Shown: positions 25,301 through 40,746, counted from the stretch's first letter. The stretch: 64,000 nt of DNA from Tubiluchus corallicola (GCA_030141605.1 JAQGDQ010000357.1:1-64000), one strand, 5' to 3'. Numbers and translations are program-made. Notes: generated by a model from the sequence alone, not told the origin.

Positions 25301-28300
25301 TAACTACTCTATTACTTCGTCACTACACATGTCATGTGAAAAAGAACTTAAAGCCCGATTAAATGAATTACTGTTCAGTTGCCGATTATATGGGTTTATA
25401 CATGGTTGTAGTTTCAATTAATTAAATTAATCTGTTAATTGCCCATCACTGTTTATAGAATTTCATACAGTGCTGTAGAATATACTAATTTAGAAATGAT
25501 ATAATTAATTTTTTTTACTATTTGGTTCCATAACCAAATTTCACACACTCATTGCAAACTTCAGCATATTGTTTAGTGAACTATTATAGAGCTACTTGCC
25601 CCCAAAATCTGTATGCATCAACTGTAAATTTTCTCAGACAAAATTTGTGCACACTGCAACTTTTGAATAAAACACCCTCCTGTCCTAGGTAACCTTTTAA
25701 AACACTTATTAGAATGTGAAAATTAGCGTAAACTGCTCTATTCAGTCACACGAGAGTAAATCGCACTGGATCAGGCACAGTCTTGTGACAATTTGTCCCA
25801 AGTGCCCTATTATTGTCAGTCAAACATGGTTAAACTGCATTGAACCAGGCATAGTCAAATGATAAAAATTTTCGTACTTGCAGATTTGATCATGAATTCG
25901 TCCTGTCTTGTTTCATGATTAGGGGCTACTTCTGATTAATTTGTTTAAAATTTTCTGTTTACCAATGCAATTTGTGCATCTATTGAAAAGTTTCATTATT
26001 ATTCTGTAAAAAGTTCTGTTAAACTAAAAAAACATGTTAAGGAAAAGAGAATAAATTAAAACAACTAAAGATGAATTTATGTTACATGTTTATTGCTTTT
26101 CCTCGACATCTGCAAGGTCACGCTTTTGTGCATGTGCTATGTATTGACCATTTTTCTCTCTATGCAAATTAAAAAATATTTTTTGGCACTGGTTTACGAC
26201 TGCATCATCTGGGTATCTCTTGCGTGTGTCCGTGGAATTTACACATGCTGTATGTCATGGGAAATGCTGTCTTCTCACTACTATCTTCTGTCTAAAGATG
26301 TTTGTAATGATGTCCTTGTATTTTTTTGACAATGCATGTACATGTACTGCACAAATTTCATTTATTTATGGTTCCTCTTTTCTTGCTTTTCAGCTGGAAC
26401 ACTTAGTGCTTATAAGCACATGAAAGAAAACGAAGATGAACTTTGTTCAATGATTGTGGACACTGGTTACTCATTTACTCATGTTGCACCATACTGTGGA
26501 GGCACCAAGCTCGCCCAAGCTGTTAAGCGGTAAGAATGGGTACATTTCAACAATTTTCTTTTTTTTTTGCCAGATTAATGTGGTTTGCCAGTTGTGTTGT
26601 TTCCAGGTAAAATGGCATTTGTTTGGAATAGTCGTTGAATTATAGAATTTATAGTTGAAAAATAACCTAGCTAATTTTTATGCGTTTGTTGCCTTTGATT
26701 TGACTAAGATGAAAATTCAAGTATTGTTGGCCTTAAGCTGTTTTTACACCCCATCTTAATTGTTACTTATAAGATCCAAGCAAGCAGAAAAATAGTTTTG
26801 TTATTTTAAGTAGTTATTTTGTTATTTTTTTGAGATATTATTTAACTACTTATTTAGAAAGTACAATTTATTATTTATTTATTAAAAAATATACATATTT
26901 GCTCCAATATTTAATATTTATTTGTACGAATATATAAATAATTTTTTGCTGTATAGGTTAGATGTTGGAGGAAAAGTGTTAGTAAATCATCTCAAAGAAA
27001 TTATTTCATATAGGTGAGTTTTTTATATTTTTTGAAGTTTCGCAACATGAAACATTAGAATCTTAAGTAACCTCCTTGGCAAAGGTAATTATGCTATAGT
27101 GCTTGCGGTAGAACAGTTTTCCTTTGTACCTTTAAGCAGCCAGTTGAGGTATGCTCGTTGACGGCACAGTGGTCAGTACGTAAATAACTTTTTTTATGAA
27201 ATTTAGTAAGCTGTGATGCAGCATGCAAGGATATGCTTCCTCAATTTAGATAGTTGTGGTAGGACTGCATTTTACCTATTATTAAGGTTAATCCTCCATT
27301 GTGAGACAGTAAGCTGGTAGATGGTGTGTATTCATTCTTCCTCAGAAAGGTAAGTAGCCAGATAGTGTGTCACGGTTAGAAGCGCCTAGAATCTGTTTTC
27401 ATGGCGGTCACTCGTTCAATTATGTCCTAACTGTAGTTGCTAAGCACCTACCTTGACGTCTTGGCTCTTCACTGTGTTCCAAAATTGCTATATTGATTTT
27501 GCCCCTGCTTTTTGGAAATTGCTCTAAAAAGAAGGGGGTGTAATGAACTTGCAAATTTTTTAGACACTCTTATTGTTTTTAAACTTGTGTGTTTATTAGT
27601 ACTATGTATTGTGTGTGTATGTGTATGTGTGCCTTATTTTCCATATTGATAAGCCTCTGGCAGGCTTTCCTGTGGTAAAGTGATTAGTTCAGCAGGCTAA
27701 CAACAAGCCGGGGCTGCACTCAAGTTCTAGTGGAGTCACAACTTTTCAGACTTTGTCTCCATCTATTTTTTTGTAACGCTTATAAAACACAATTAACAAG
27801 GATGTTTGTGCGTCTGCAAAACGTGTTGAGCTGTGATGTTTATGCTTCAAATTCCAACAAAGCTTATCGATTGCAGCAATACTAGTTTTGCTGTTGCACC
27901 AGTTTTAATTATTTCCAGACAGTTAAATGTGATGGATGAAACATACGTCATGAATCAAGTAAAGGAAGACGTTTGTTTTACGAGCTTAGATTTCTACAAG
28001 GATATGGAAATTGCCAGGTTGGTACAATACATTTAATTAGCCTTTACTTTCCATTCTTTCTTTCATGGAAATTATTTAGAAGTTGTTCGTTATTTTTTAA
28101 GATGCGTTGATCGAGACCAGCTGTTTTTTTTGTGAATGATCGGCCTCTCTAGAGTACCAAACTGATTACTTGACAATGTTCTAAGCAAATTTTTTGTTTC
28201 CAACTGTCACTTCCAAGGAAATTCCTAGCAATGTTCATCCTTATATGAGTTATGATACAAATGTTCATTTAAATTTCCTGTAATTTCAAAAAATCCTAGC

Positions 28301-31300
28301 TTAAAGATAAAATGCTAAAAATATGTTTCTAAGTCTAGCTAATTAATGTTTTTAGAACAGTTTTTTTGTTTTAGATTAAAAGGCAAAGAGAATACTGTAA
28401 CGATCGATTATGTTCTGCCAGACTATGCTCATATAAAACGTGGTTACAGCCGACCGATTTCAGAAAGTGAAAAATCTCAGGGATATGAACAGGTAAAATG
28501 TAAATCTTTTATATCATGTGGCTCATTACATTACATTCTTTGCATTTGGCATGTTGTAAGCTGGATTCTAGTGCCCAGTGGCAGGGCTACTCAGTATAGA
28601 TGATTCTGGCTGGACTGGAACCTATTTCATTTCACTGGTAATGTTCTGTGATAAGCTACTGAGCCTTAACATCTTTGCTTTATTAGGAAATGCATAGACT
28701 GCATCCTCCATAACAAGAATAGGAGTCAGTGGTAATGTGGCATATCAGATGTGTCCGAGCAACCACTCATCCATTTGTTAATCAGACCCAGTGCTGCCTA
28801 ACTTTTGTAGCTAAACAGATACGGTGACTGCTCAGTCTTTATTTCTCTGCCATTCCTAAGTCTTGTGGGTCTTGCTTTGTGTCATGAGGAATTGCGCATT
28901 TTCATTCATCGTACTTTATTGATTACTTCCCGTGGCAGATAGTTGAGTTTGTTGACATTTTTGCAATAGCCTCTTCACCAGTAAGGATTTTCAGCTAACT
29001 GCTTTCCAATTGATTTTAATAAACCAATTTTTTATCTTAGGTTTTGTGCTTTTCCCACACAAATGTACGTTTTTGACATTTTACATTCAGTGCCCTGAGA
29101 AACTCAGTTGCATGAAAAGATCTTGTCCTCAAACTACTTAGCTGCTTAACCGTTTCATCCTTCACATTATGCGAATGACAGCCACGCAATCTTGAACAAA
29201 GGCAGTGCCGTTATATATTACTACCGCTAATATACAATGCAAGCATTTGATATGAGGTGCTTTTGCGCAGGCTTTCAAACGGGAAAATGTATGAACATTT
29301 CTTAATAAGTGTTTTGCAGCGTACACATTGTCGCTTTATCATGACATGAAACAACGTCGTTGTTTCATACCATGATAAATCGACAATGTAGCATGGAAAA
29401 AAATCACGTTTAATCATGTTTTCACTATGGATTGTTGTGACATCACAACACTTGTGTTGATTCACTTCGGTGCCACATGACAACGATGATTTCATCGTGA
29501 CAAAGCAATAGTGTGAATAGTGCATAACAACCGTGAGATAAAGATGGTAAACAAGAACATTCCCTTCACAGTCATTAAATCTCTGTTAGTTTGTGGGAAT
29601 ACATATTAATTAAATCGCTTTTAGTTTGTGGGAATGCATAGCAATTAAATCACTGTTAATTTGTGGGAATACATATTAATTAAATCGCTTTTAGTTTGTG
29701 GGAATACATACCAATTAAATCTCTCTTAGTTTATGGAAATACATACCAATTAAATCACCTTATTTTGTGGGAATACATACCAATTAAATCACTGTTTGTA
29801 TGCGGGAATACATACCAGTCCTGCAAACTTGTGGCAATTTAATTAACACACCACACACTCTTCCATGCAATGCTGGTTTTTAATTGCTGCACAACTAATG
29901 CAGTATAAATGTTTTACATTTCCAGACCTGCAGTTTCCTGTTCATTTCAAATTGTCAACTCGATTTGAAATTTGAACTTTGCGTGCTTGTTGCTCAGTAA
30001 ATGTACAAAATAAGTCACTGAGAATTAAATTTGTTGTCATCAGCAGCTTTAACAGCTGTTTCATTGATAAAAATTTTTCCAGTTGGCAGATGTCCAGGAA
30101 TTTGTGTTGATGCAGCTTTTGTGCGATGTTTAGTAGCCTTAAATACTGTGCCATATTTTGTTGAGTGTTGTAATACACTTGAAACTGCTGGCTTCTATAA
30201 AAATTTATGAACATTGAACATGTTACAAAAGAGGCTGCTTTATTGACATAATCTGTTTATTAAATTTGCTTATGACACAGCAAACTTTCACTTTATATGC
30301 CGACTTAGTTTTAACATAATTACATTGGAAAATGCTATTAGTTATCTGTCTCAAAAACTGTCAGCTGCTTAATTTGTCCAATTTTAATACAGCTTGTGGA
30401 AGAGATTTGATATGGAAAAAAGTTATAAATAAATTACAAATTGTAGTTGGAACCATGGAAGTGTAACTAGAATGCATAAATTTGTCAGAACAAATTACTA
30501 AGATTTCATGATGCTGATGTCAGTGTTTTGTAGTTAAAATCGTCAGCTTTATTCCACAAACAGAATTGTTATGCAAATGTATGATATTAAAACTTCTGCA
30601 GTAGACTTTGCAATACCAATAATTTTTTTTAAATAAAATCATTTTAATTGTATTTACTACTTTTTATTTTATTTCATTTAATTTATTTTTCTTGAGGTTT
30701 TTTTAGTTTATTTTGTGCTAAAAGTTATTGAATTTCAACCATCACACTCATGCCAGGGTGGAGGTGTAATTGGTCGAGTGGTCACGGCATGTGCGTCACA
30801 ATCACAGTTAAGCAGCACCAAAATCAGTGAAAGGTTGGGTTACAACCGGGATTTGCTACCTACACTGGGCTGTTTCGTGCGCCATACCGATCGTGGTTGC
30901 TTACCTCTTTGAGGGAGGACATATACACACATATCCAAACGTAGCTAAATCACCTCTGCCAGTTCATCAGCTCTTCTTAGAAGGATATTCTTGATAATGA
31001 GCTAGGTTCAGGTCTCGCCACAAACATCAGCGTTCTGACGTTGAATGCTGTTTTCCAGCCTGCAATGTGATGCACTGTGTAGAAACATATTTTTCTTGTG
31101 AATCCGTAAAGAGAACGACTGGTGACACATCTGACCAGTGAAGTTATACATTACAGGCCCGTAGACAGACTCTGAACTATATCAGTGAAAATGCATGTCA
31201 ATTTAGCTCATTTACCCTTTCTATACTTGCAAATTGTGATAACAGTTTGACTTATTCTTGTTCCAAAAAAGTACAAATGGAATGAGCAACAAAATAATCG

Positions 31301-34300
31301 AGGTAAAAGATGGTAAAGGTTTAACAGAAAGGCACAATTTTCATGGAATTTCACAATTACACTTGGCTGTATCTCATAAACTACACACTTATTTTCAGTT
31401 GTAAAATATATCTGTGGTTATGTCATACACACATTATGAAATCACTGTATGCTAATTTTTACCTGTTTGCATAGCAACAAGGCCGAATAATATGTAAATA
31501 TAATTTTCTGGCTAATTTTTCTAAAATTTTCATTTTTGTAGCTTCCTCTCAAATCCTATTTATTTTTCTAGTTTACATTTTGGTTGACAGAGTAAATTAG
31601 GTATTTTTGCACATTTAAATTTGACGTTTACTTCTTTTGAAGTGCATGTTTTCTAAGCAGGTAATTGCTTTTGCCGTAATAGCTGTTTCACTGCACGAAG
31701 TTATTAATTTGCTAGATGAGGGAGAGTGCTATGCTATTACCTTATTGCAGCTGACAAATTGGTTTGATGAAAGTTTCATAAATAAGCCTATGCTGCTTGA
31801 AAGATGTAAATATGTGCAGACATAATCAGTAACTGATACGGGACTTGTGCTCATTCATTTGAACTGAAAATCGTGAGTGGGTTCTGTTTTTGACAGAACT
31901 TTGAACTTGAGCAGCATTGTGAAAAACTCAAACGATTTCGTTTTATGTAGGAACTTAAATTCAAATTCTAATCTGTCAATAGAGAATTATTTTTAATTCT
32001 AAAACAAATGGAAACAAATAATTAAGCAATTTTGCAGTAATCAGTTGATATAATTTATTACACAATTTCAAACAGAAATTGAACAAAATCAAAACATCAT
32101 CTGCAAATTACTTCAAATGTACATGTTTGCCTCAAGTAAATTCTTCCGTTTCTCACTTTAACTTTTCACTGTATCAGAAGGTACCATATAACTTATTAAT
32201 TATCACTGTTCAACACATTTCAATTCTAACCAACTACATGCAAGAACAAACACAGTAATATTGTCTTCCATTACTTGTCGGTATTGGTTATGTAACGAAA
32301 TGTCCGATACTCAAAATGCCTTGCTGGCTATAACTGTTTCGTTCTTCAGCTACCAGTAGAATGTCGTTTACAGCATAAATCCTTGTAGCCAGTACGAGGC
32401 AAGCATTCGTGTACGGCTTGACGAATTGACCTATTGGTGAGGACATAGAGGAACGGATCTATGCAAGGACCCAACATCATGAACATTCTAGACATGCCAT
32501 GGTAGAAAAGAAGCTCACTTCTGTTGATGTAGCTGATAATCAGAAATGGAATATAACTAACCAAGTACAAAGCAAAGATGCTCATCGTAGTCGCTAACAA
32601 CTTCGACTCGTATTTTGGTTTTTTCCTGTTGCTTCTTCCCTGCTCACTGCTCTGATTTACAGTGCTCACTTGTTGACTGGGTGTTGGTTGAAGTGTCGGC
32701 CTCACCCTGTTTCTACTCCTCCTAACCACAACGACAATATGGATGTAAGCAGCTAGAGACAGTGTGACTGGTACGAAGAACAAAATGATCGTTCCTGCTG
32801 CATTCTTTGTGCAAACCAGCATACACATTTTCAGCGTTGGACTAAATCCAAAACAGTTATTGACTCGAAGCAACGATAACGTAAAGAAGACGAGTGGGAA
32901 TATCCAACAAATTAGTATGTTAACACCCATTCTATATCTGCTGTATAGACGTGGATACGACTGCGATCGCACTATGAATATGTAACGATTTATGGCGATG
33001 CTTACTTGCGTCAAAAATATAGCATAGTGCGTGGAATGAGTGAAGAACGGAAAGATGGTGCAGGTGGTCATACCAAACACCCACCGATTGTAGAGGAATT
33101 CAGCGGCGAGGATGGGCGACAGGAAGCAGCAGAATAACGTGTCGAGAATATTGAGATTTAGAATGAGCGGGTTAATGTGAATGTGTGCACTGTTAGTTGT
33201 GATAATGGTCATGAGAATGATGATATTGGCTGTTCCGCCCACACACGTGGTGAACAAGGAAACAATGCTTCCGAGCACCACAATGATGATGTCATGTCCA
33301 TAAGATTCATTTATCGCGTCGCTTGCCGTATTATTATCGGTTCTGTTATTCATTTCTCCTAAATGTCTCGAATTATTTCCTAGATACATAATTGTTCTTT
33401 GTGAAATGAGATGGTACCGCTGTGCTCCATTTGCAAGTTCAAGATTTAGATCAATCTCTGCAAAAAAAGCTTGTTTTAGTGTGTTGTAATGAAGTAAACT
33501 ATGATATGTATGACACAAATAAAGTTTCTATTTACTGCTCAGATTTTGCACTTTTTTTAAGAACGAAAATGTGTGAAAACAGTTTTTTTCCCAAACAAAG
33601 TCTGTCCACATGTTTGTAACAAATTATCAAAGCGTGACACACTACACATGTGAATGGGGTTTGCCTGGTGTAAACACAGTTTCGTCTTACAGTATATTGT
33701 ATTGCGTAGCTTGTGATTATTGCAAAATTGAGATTGTGCTTCAGGTTTGCAACAAACACTATAACATTAATATCTCTACAAAGTAGCATTGTTTGATGTG
33801 GCTTTGTATTGAATATTGTTTGCGTCGTTAGGCATGTCACGCTAGACACGAGAGATATCGACAATAGTCTTCCGACAGATTTAACACCTGTATTCTGTTA
33901 ATGTGTCAAACTGCACTATATTTGTGTTAGACAGGAAACATAAAAAACAAAATGAAAAAGATTGCAAAATTTCAGTATAAATTAAAGAATTTGAGATACA
34001 TGTTGTACACAATATAGGTATGTTTTACATCCCACCCAGTTTTTACTTGCATAAAGGTAGTAAGGTCAGATTAGGCTTATTTTTATATGATTTGCATGAA
34101 AAGCACATTGAACACCAGATATGAATGTCTAAGTTACCATCGGCACAGTAAATATACTTTACGCACAGCTTTAATTTATATTATTACGCATAGATTACAC
34201 TACTTTTGACAAGTCGATCATGGATAACACTGCAAACATTGTCTGAAGGCAGTTGCATGATATATCTGGATAACAAGAATACTATATCAGGTGATGCGAA

Positions 34301-37300
34301 TAGCAATTATGGCACTTCTTTTTATAGCCAAAAGCAATTGCTTTCCCTGTGTAACTAATTGCTCTCTAGAAGATTTTAAGGACTGGCTGGAGTAATTAGT
34401 AGCTAAAGTGCACGAAGAGTATCAGATTTTCTACTATATTATTTCATCTTCAAGACAGATGGGTATCTATGCTGCTATTACAGGTTTTTGCAGTGGAATA
34501 TTGATTTATTCTTACGTTGAAAATAATAATTTATGTTAATATTAGATTAGATGCTTGTAGAAGTTCTGTCATAAGTGTAATGAAATTTTAATATTTCAGC
34601 TATTTATCGACTTGTCCAAAAATTTCGCAGAACAGCAGAAAACATTGACATTATTGACACACATGCTCTGAATAACTACATTAAAGTTTAAGAAACGAGT
34701 GCTTTAGTTTAACAGATGAAAGATCTTGAGCGACCTCATATGCTGACTTTTTTCATTTCATTTCATCATTATGTTGGATTTTAGGTATCGAATGGTAACA
34801 TTGAATAACTTATTAACTGTTAAACTGTTGTACCTAGAGTCGCGAAACTTGCCCTTTCAACACCTGGGATCTCACAGAGTGGTATGGTTAGAAAAGCTGG
34901 GATTATTTAAGGTTCCGAGATAGGAGCTAAAATGTGAAAATTAGGGTAAAGTTTTCAGTCACACCATACTGAGTAAACCTTACTGGCCAATCATAGACAA
35001 GTGATAATTAATCCACCCTCGTCAGTCACATATGTATGAACGTAACAATCTATAGTTTTTAACACAAGTAAACCACACTAGACCAGGCATAGTCAAGTAA
35101 TAAATACGAATATGGACTTACAAATATGGACCTGAATGTGTATCCACTCTTCTTCTGTTTAACTTTCCATGTTAAATCCAGTGAGTAAATTGCCATTTTG
35201 AACATCTGACCATTAACTGTGAAAGTAATCAAATGATATGACAATGAATTTTGCAGCTCAGTCAGTCAGTTGTTGATCTATGCTTCTGGCAGTCACATTT
35301 GGCGAATACACACTTGGAGTTTTTAAATTTGCTTTAGCTAGTCTGTGCCAGCCACAACTGAATTTGGTTTTCCATTTTATTGTAGAGATAATTACTTTTC
35401 TTTTTTATGAAAGATTTTTTGGACATTTTCAGTTTATTTCAAAAATTTCTTCTGTATAACATATCTGATTCCAGTTAAAGTTTTTTCTACATTTTTGAAT
35501 TGTTGACTTCCGAGACATTGACGCTGCCCAAAAATTTAGAAGTAGTCACAATAAGACTCTAATTATGAGTTTGGCCAAAGACTTTTGAAATACTAGCGAA
35601 TACCTGTTGTTGTTCTACAGTTGTTTTTCCTTGCGATCTGACTTCTTGGACAATAACCATTGATAACTGAAGTACTGAGGCCTAATTAATCAAGTTAATC
35701 AGTACCTTTGTTCAACTGTTGGTAATAGTCATATCCAATTAAAAGCCTATTGGACAGCAGTCAGCCAAGGAACACACTCTTTCATTCACCATGTGAATTA
35801 CCAGCGGTCAGTCGAGTGGCAAACTTCCTCGCAATGTGAGTTAATGGGATTAAGGATTCTCATAAAGTCCCTAGCATTATTTATTTGCAGGTAGTTTAGC
35901 TGTCTGTTGTGCATATTAATTGAAGTCAACGCACAATATTCAGATTATTATCTGCTGCTGCTGACAGATAATAGGATTTTCATACTTGCTGAACTTATTA
36001 TGCCTGTTATTGTTACCGTTGGCTTCATTCACTCCTAGATTGAAGCCACAAAACGTATTTATCTGCGTAATGCAAATGTTAAATCCGATCTGATCTGTTG
36101 CATGTCTTTTCAGTTAATATGCAGTTTTGTGGGAGGTAAAAAGAACAATATTTACTAAAGATTAGTTCATATTATTTGCAGTATCAGCCGTGACTTAAAT
36201 AGTTGGAAAGTAAATAACATTCTGCACACGAACATGCAAAAATGACACAGTCAATACAAAATGATACAAATGATATAGTCAATATTCACACAATGCAAAG
36301 TGAAATCATGTTTGCACAATTATATTTTTTGTGCAGCAGAGCATACATTGTATTAATGTTGCACAACGAAATTTATTGCTGGTATGAATAAACAACAAAT
36401 AAGAAATCGACAACGAGTCATGAAAATCAAAAGAAAATTATTAAAAATATAATATATAATAATATATATAATATAAATTAAGAAAAAATGAAAGAACACA
36501 ATGTTTCATTGTGTTATCAAAAAAAAGTTCATTAAGACATACCTACACTTCTTCCTAAAGCATTTCTTCTTTGGCATTTGCTCAAAATTTGTTAAGAATT
36601 CGAATCCTACTAATAAATTTCAGTAGCATGCTTGTCTTTGCTCACAAGCACACTTTGTGAATCATTAGTTTTCAATATGAACTCATTTTCGAAGTGTGTT
36701 TTTATATTGTTCCTGAGTTTTCAAACGCTACAACAACTACACCTTTTCTACTTCATTTGTGCAAAATGTGATTCCAGATGTGATTTCAATTCTTCAGAAT
36801 GTGATTTTCAAAAGTACAAAAGCAATAAACCCTCTTGTACGTTGGGTTTGTGGTTTGCTCTTGTGCATTTTTCGCTTTTGGAATCACATTTTGCAAAATT
36901 GAAATCACATTTCTCACTTTGGAAGTCTCATTTTTTGCATAATTAAATTTAACTTTTTGCAATTTTGAAGTGAAAGCCGGTGTAGTGTGGGGATATTTCA
37001 CTGTAAAACCATGATAGGACAAAAGTGAATTATACGTATATACTTTACTATTAACTCGCATTACCATCTAAGCTGCCTTACCTTTCGTTAGCTGTCTAAA
37101 GTCTGAAGTTCTTGTCACATTTGATGCTCGCACGTACACAAAGTCACCTGCTTTATGATAGAGCAATTAGTACTACTGCCAGTTTCCTGAGTTATTATTC
37201 TGGCTTCTATGCATTCAGACCACTTGCGCACTGCCAATGTGAAGCCTACTCTAAGCCATACAAATCAAAGACCTGCTGCTCCGTAGCATCATCATCTTCT

Positions 37301-40300
37301 CTACACAACTCACTAGTAAATTATAAATGTTTAAATAGCACTTTTTGCAAATTCTCAGTATTGTGTCATTAGATGGCGCCGCAAAAAGATTTGCAGAGAG
37401 AAGGAAATAATCCTGACTTATCAGTGTTTGTTCTTAGCTTTCCAATAGTTATAATCTAAGAAACCTGCCTCACTGCTATCAGCCGTCATAAAAGCCTTGC
37501 AATTTGTAAACTAATGTAGCTATTTTGCAGAGCAATATTGGTCTGTTAGTAGAAGAAAATTACTGTGGCCTATATATAAGGCTAATATTAGATACATTGC
37601 GTAGATTATCAAAATCAACTTGACCATTTCTAGGTCATTTTAGGAATGAATTACGGGGTTTCTCTGGCACTTGCAATCTCTCACTCACTAGAATAAACTA
37701 CCATGTTACTTAAGTCTCTGTAATTTTAACAATAATTGTTATTCGCCCTTTTGTGTAATTGTAGCTCCACTTTTACGGCACCTTGACATTAGTTTAATGT
37801 CATGTCAAAGATGACGTTTATAGTCTGTGGTTATATTGGAAACTAACCTTACAACTTATGGCCTGATGATGATTGGCTACTAGATTGTAGTAAGATCAGT
37901 TCTACATTTAAACCAAATGATCGAAGCAGCTAAATTCTAGTCAAAATTGGATTAATTTTATTGTCACTTAGTTGGGTGTGAACCCTTTCAAAACTGATTC
38001 CAAAATGATTAAAATTTCTCAATGCAATTTCCACACTTTCCAAAAAGAGACATCCACTGGTCAAAGTTTCGTACTTTTGTTTTGCCTCATGTTTACCTGA
38101 GCCATAAGTTTTTGTTTATTTACAGGTGCTCAGGATGAATAATGAACGGTTTTCCATCCCAGAGATTCTGTTTAATCCAGCCGACATTGGCATACATCAG
38201 ATGGGAATTGCAGAGCTCATTGTACATTCCATAAAACTGTGTAAACCCGGTGAGATTTTAACAATTTTTCTGGCATTTGGCCTTCAGTCAAATTGGAAAA
38301 TTGGAACCCAATCTTAAACTATAGGTCAAAATAATCTACTGTTTAAAATGTTGAAAGGAACATGCTATTTGTTCAAAAATGACTTGCGTGAGAGAGTTAT
38401 TATCATACAAATGCAATTTCGCGTTCGCGCCACTAGTTCCTCACTGTTACACGCATTTTGCCATTCGCTAGTTAGACTGGCACTATCGCTTGCATTTTGA
38501 AAATGTGTTGCAGCATACATGTTCGACAGCTTATGCGTGAGCTCAGTGGTAAATTTGAAATTTGAAATTTTATTTTAAAACTTGCTGAACTTTAGTACAA
38601 CACACTGAATTTCTTACAATAGCATTGTACACCAATCTTCGCTTTCACAAACACATGCACCACATTCATGGAATGTTTGTGCTGTTGAAAATTATGTTTG
38701 TTTGTGCTTGCTTGCCATTAATTAAGTTTTTAATCTATTATTCAATTATCAGGAATGCTTTTACAGTACTATTGGTGTTATATGCATACTTTTTATTGTA
38801 CTTGAAAATGGGGTCGTATATAAAAAATCATCTTGTCTTCCTTTAAAGCAAGTGAAGCTACTGCTTGACAAAACATTTCCCCTGTTTCTCAATATGCAAT
38901 TAAATTTCCTTTTGATGATTTTTGTCTCTCCTTACTGCACAATTTAATAGACATATATAGCCGATTAATGATTAATGTTTAACGATTCAGAGAATTCACT
39001 CACCTAAATCAGTAAATGGGCCAATGTTTAGCTTTTAAAATCACCCATCTTAGTGCTAAACCAACCTAACATTTACCTACTGCACAGTTATCTCATTCAT
39101 CTAACTGAGATCAAAAATGCTGCTGGTTAGGTATTTATAGAAGTATAATTTTTGCATCTTGTCTTGTCAAACCAAGCCATCTGGTACTATAAGGAAGAGG
39201 CAAATTTATTTTTGCAATATATTCAATGTTACAAGTGTACTTTATTAAGAATTTTTTTTGTATTTATTAGAATATTATGCCAAAGTTGCACATTGTCACC
39301 ACTAATTTATTTTCTGTAGTCATACTTAGTCAGAGTACTAGAGTCTTGAATTATTTCCAGGCCACTGCAAGTCAATCTCCGTTCTAGTAAAATGTCATTT
39401 TTCCTTACAGCAGTTAATTTTGAGTGTTATAAACCAGAAATCAATTGACCTTACCCATTCTGTTATAATCTTTATCAATTACCCTTCATACATTAACAAT
39501 TCATAAAGAAATATAATGTTGAAACAATCTGACTAATCACTGAAAATTTCATAACATTGATGTGAATTCAACAATGTTTTTATGGACGGTGCAAAAAACT
39601 CCAAAACGTGATTTAGCTACAAGCAGATGTGACATGCATATGAGTTTAGGTGTTCATTTATATAAAGATGTTTTAGAATACCTATGTGCTAATTTTTTTC
39701 CTTGCTTTTTTACAGACATGCAGCCTCATTTATACAGGAACATTGTACTGACGGGAGGGAATGCATTGTTTCCAGGATTCCGAGAAAGGGTGTAAGTACA
39801 TGGGCTTTAAAACTGCTTGGACATAAGCTTGGATTTTTATAAATCACAATACAAGTTATCTGATGTGCGTATGCAATGAGTAGGTAAATGTAGGTAGTAA
39901 ATTATTAATTAACGAACGAAACTGTGTGCGCTTGTAAATAAAAAATGTTTAAGCCAAGCTTAGGTCAACTCGCCTGTTGACTGCAGCTGATTTCCAATAA
40001 CTAGGAAGATACGAGTTTCCCCGGAGTTACAACACTTCTTAGGTCGACAACGACTGAGCACACGCATTTGAAAAAAATCTCTGACCCAGGCCACGTGACC
40101 ACACCGCAATCATTGTCAAACAATGCTAAGGTTAAAACTGGGTGGATATTGTATGCCGCGAGTAGAACAGGAGCAACTCGCTCGAACTGAGTTGCATTGC
40201 GTTATGTCGTAAAATTGCTCATGTCGACTGGTTATACTCGGAACTGGTGGCGTACCACATGCTGCTGGTTGTTGAGTCTTCAGTTGCTGTCAGCTGTGTT

Positions 40301-40746
40301 GTGTCGCAAGGTCGACGTAAGCCTGCCTTTTAATTGTTGTTTTGCGAGGGAGTCATAATTATTCAGATGGAACTTTTGAGTCATATTTATTGAGATAACA
40401 AACTTTGTTTACGAGAGGTTTAAACTGTTTTCTAAGGGTAAATAATTGTTAACTAATTCAAACAATGATTTGAGACTTCTTTGAAACATCACATTGCATG
40501 CAATTGTACATTAGTAAGAACTGCGAAGAGTTGTCAACAGCTTTTCTATGTATGGATGACTTTATGTTTCGTCTAATTCTAAGTTACAGTGAAAAATAAA
40601 ATTGAAAAGGTATTAAAAGGTGCATTGAAACAGATTAGTGGATTAGTTCTTTCATGATATCTGTTCCTTATTCTAATCGGATGTCATTACTATGCAATTT
40701 ATCAGTCTGATAACTATGTGAATTTTAAAACCTGGGTATTTGCAAC

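Noticed and set aside
29574-29817. CRISPR-like array
   Set aside because: Head-to-tail units with no unique spacers, no cas genes, eukaryotic context.
32346-33518. Opsin or melatonin receptor identity for the GPCR
   Set aside because: No retinal-binding Lys in TM7; no NAxxY motif of melatonin receptors.
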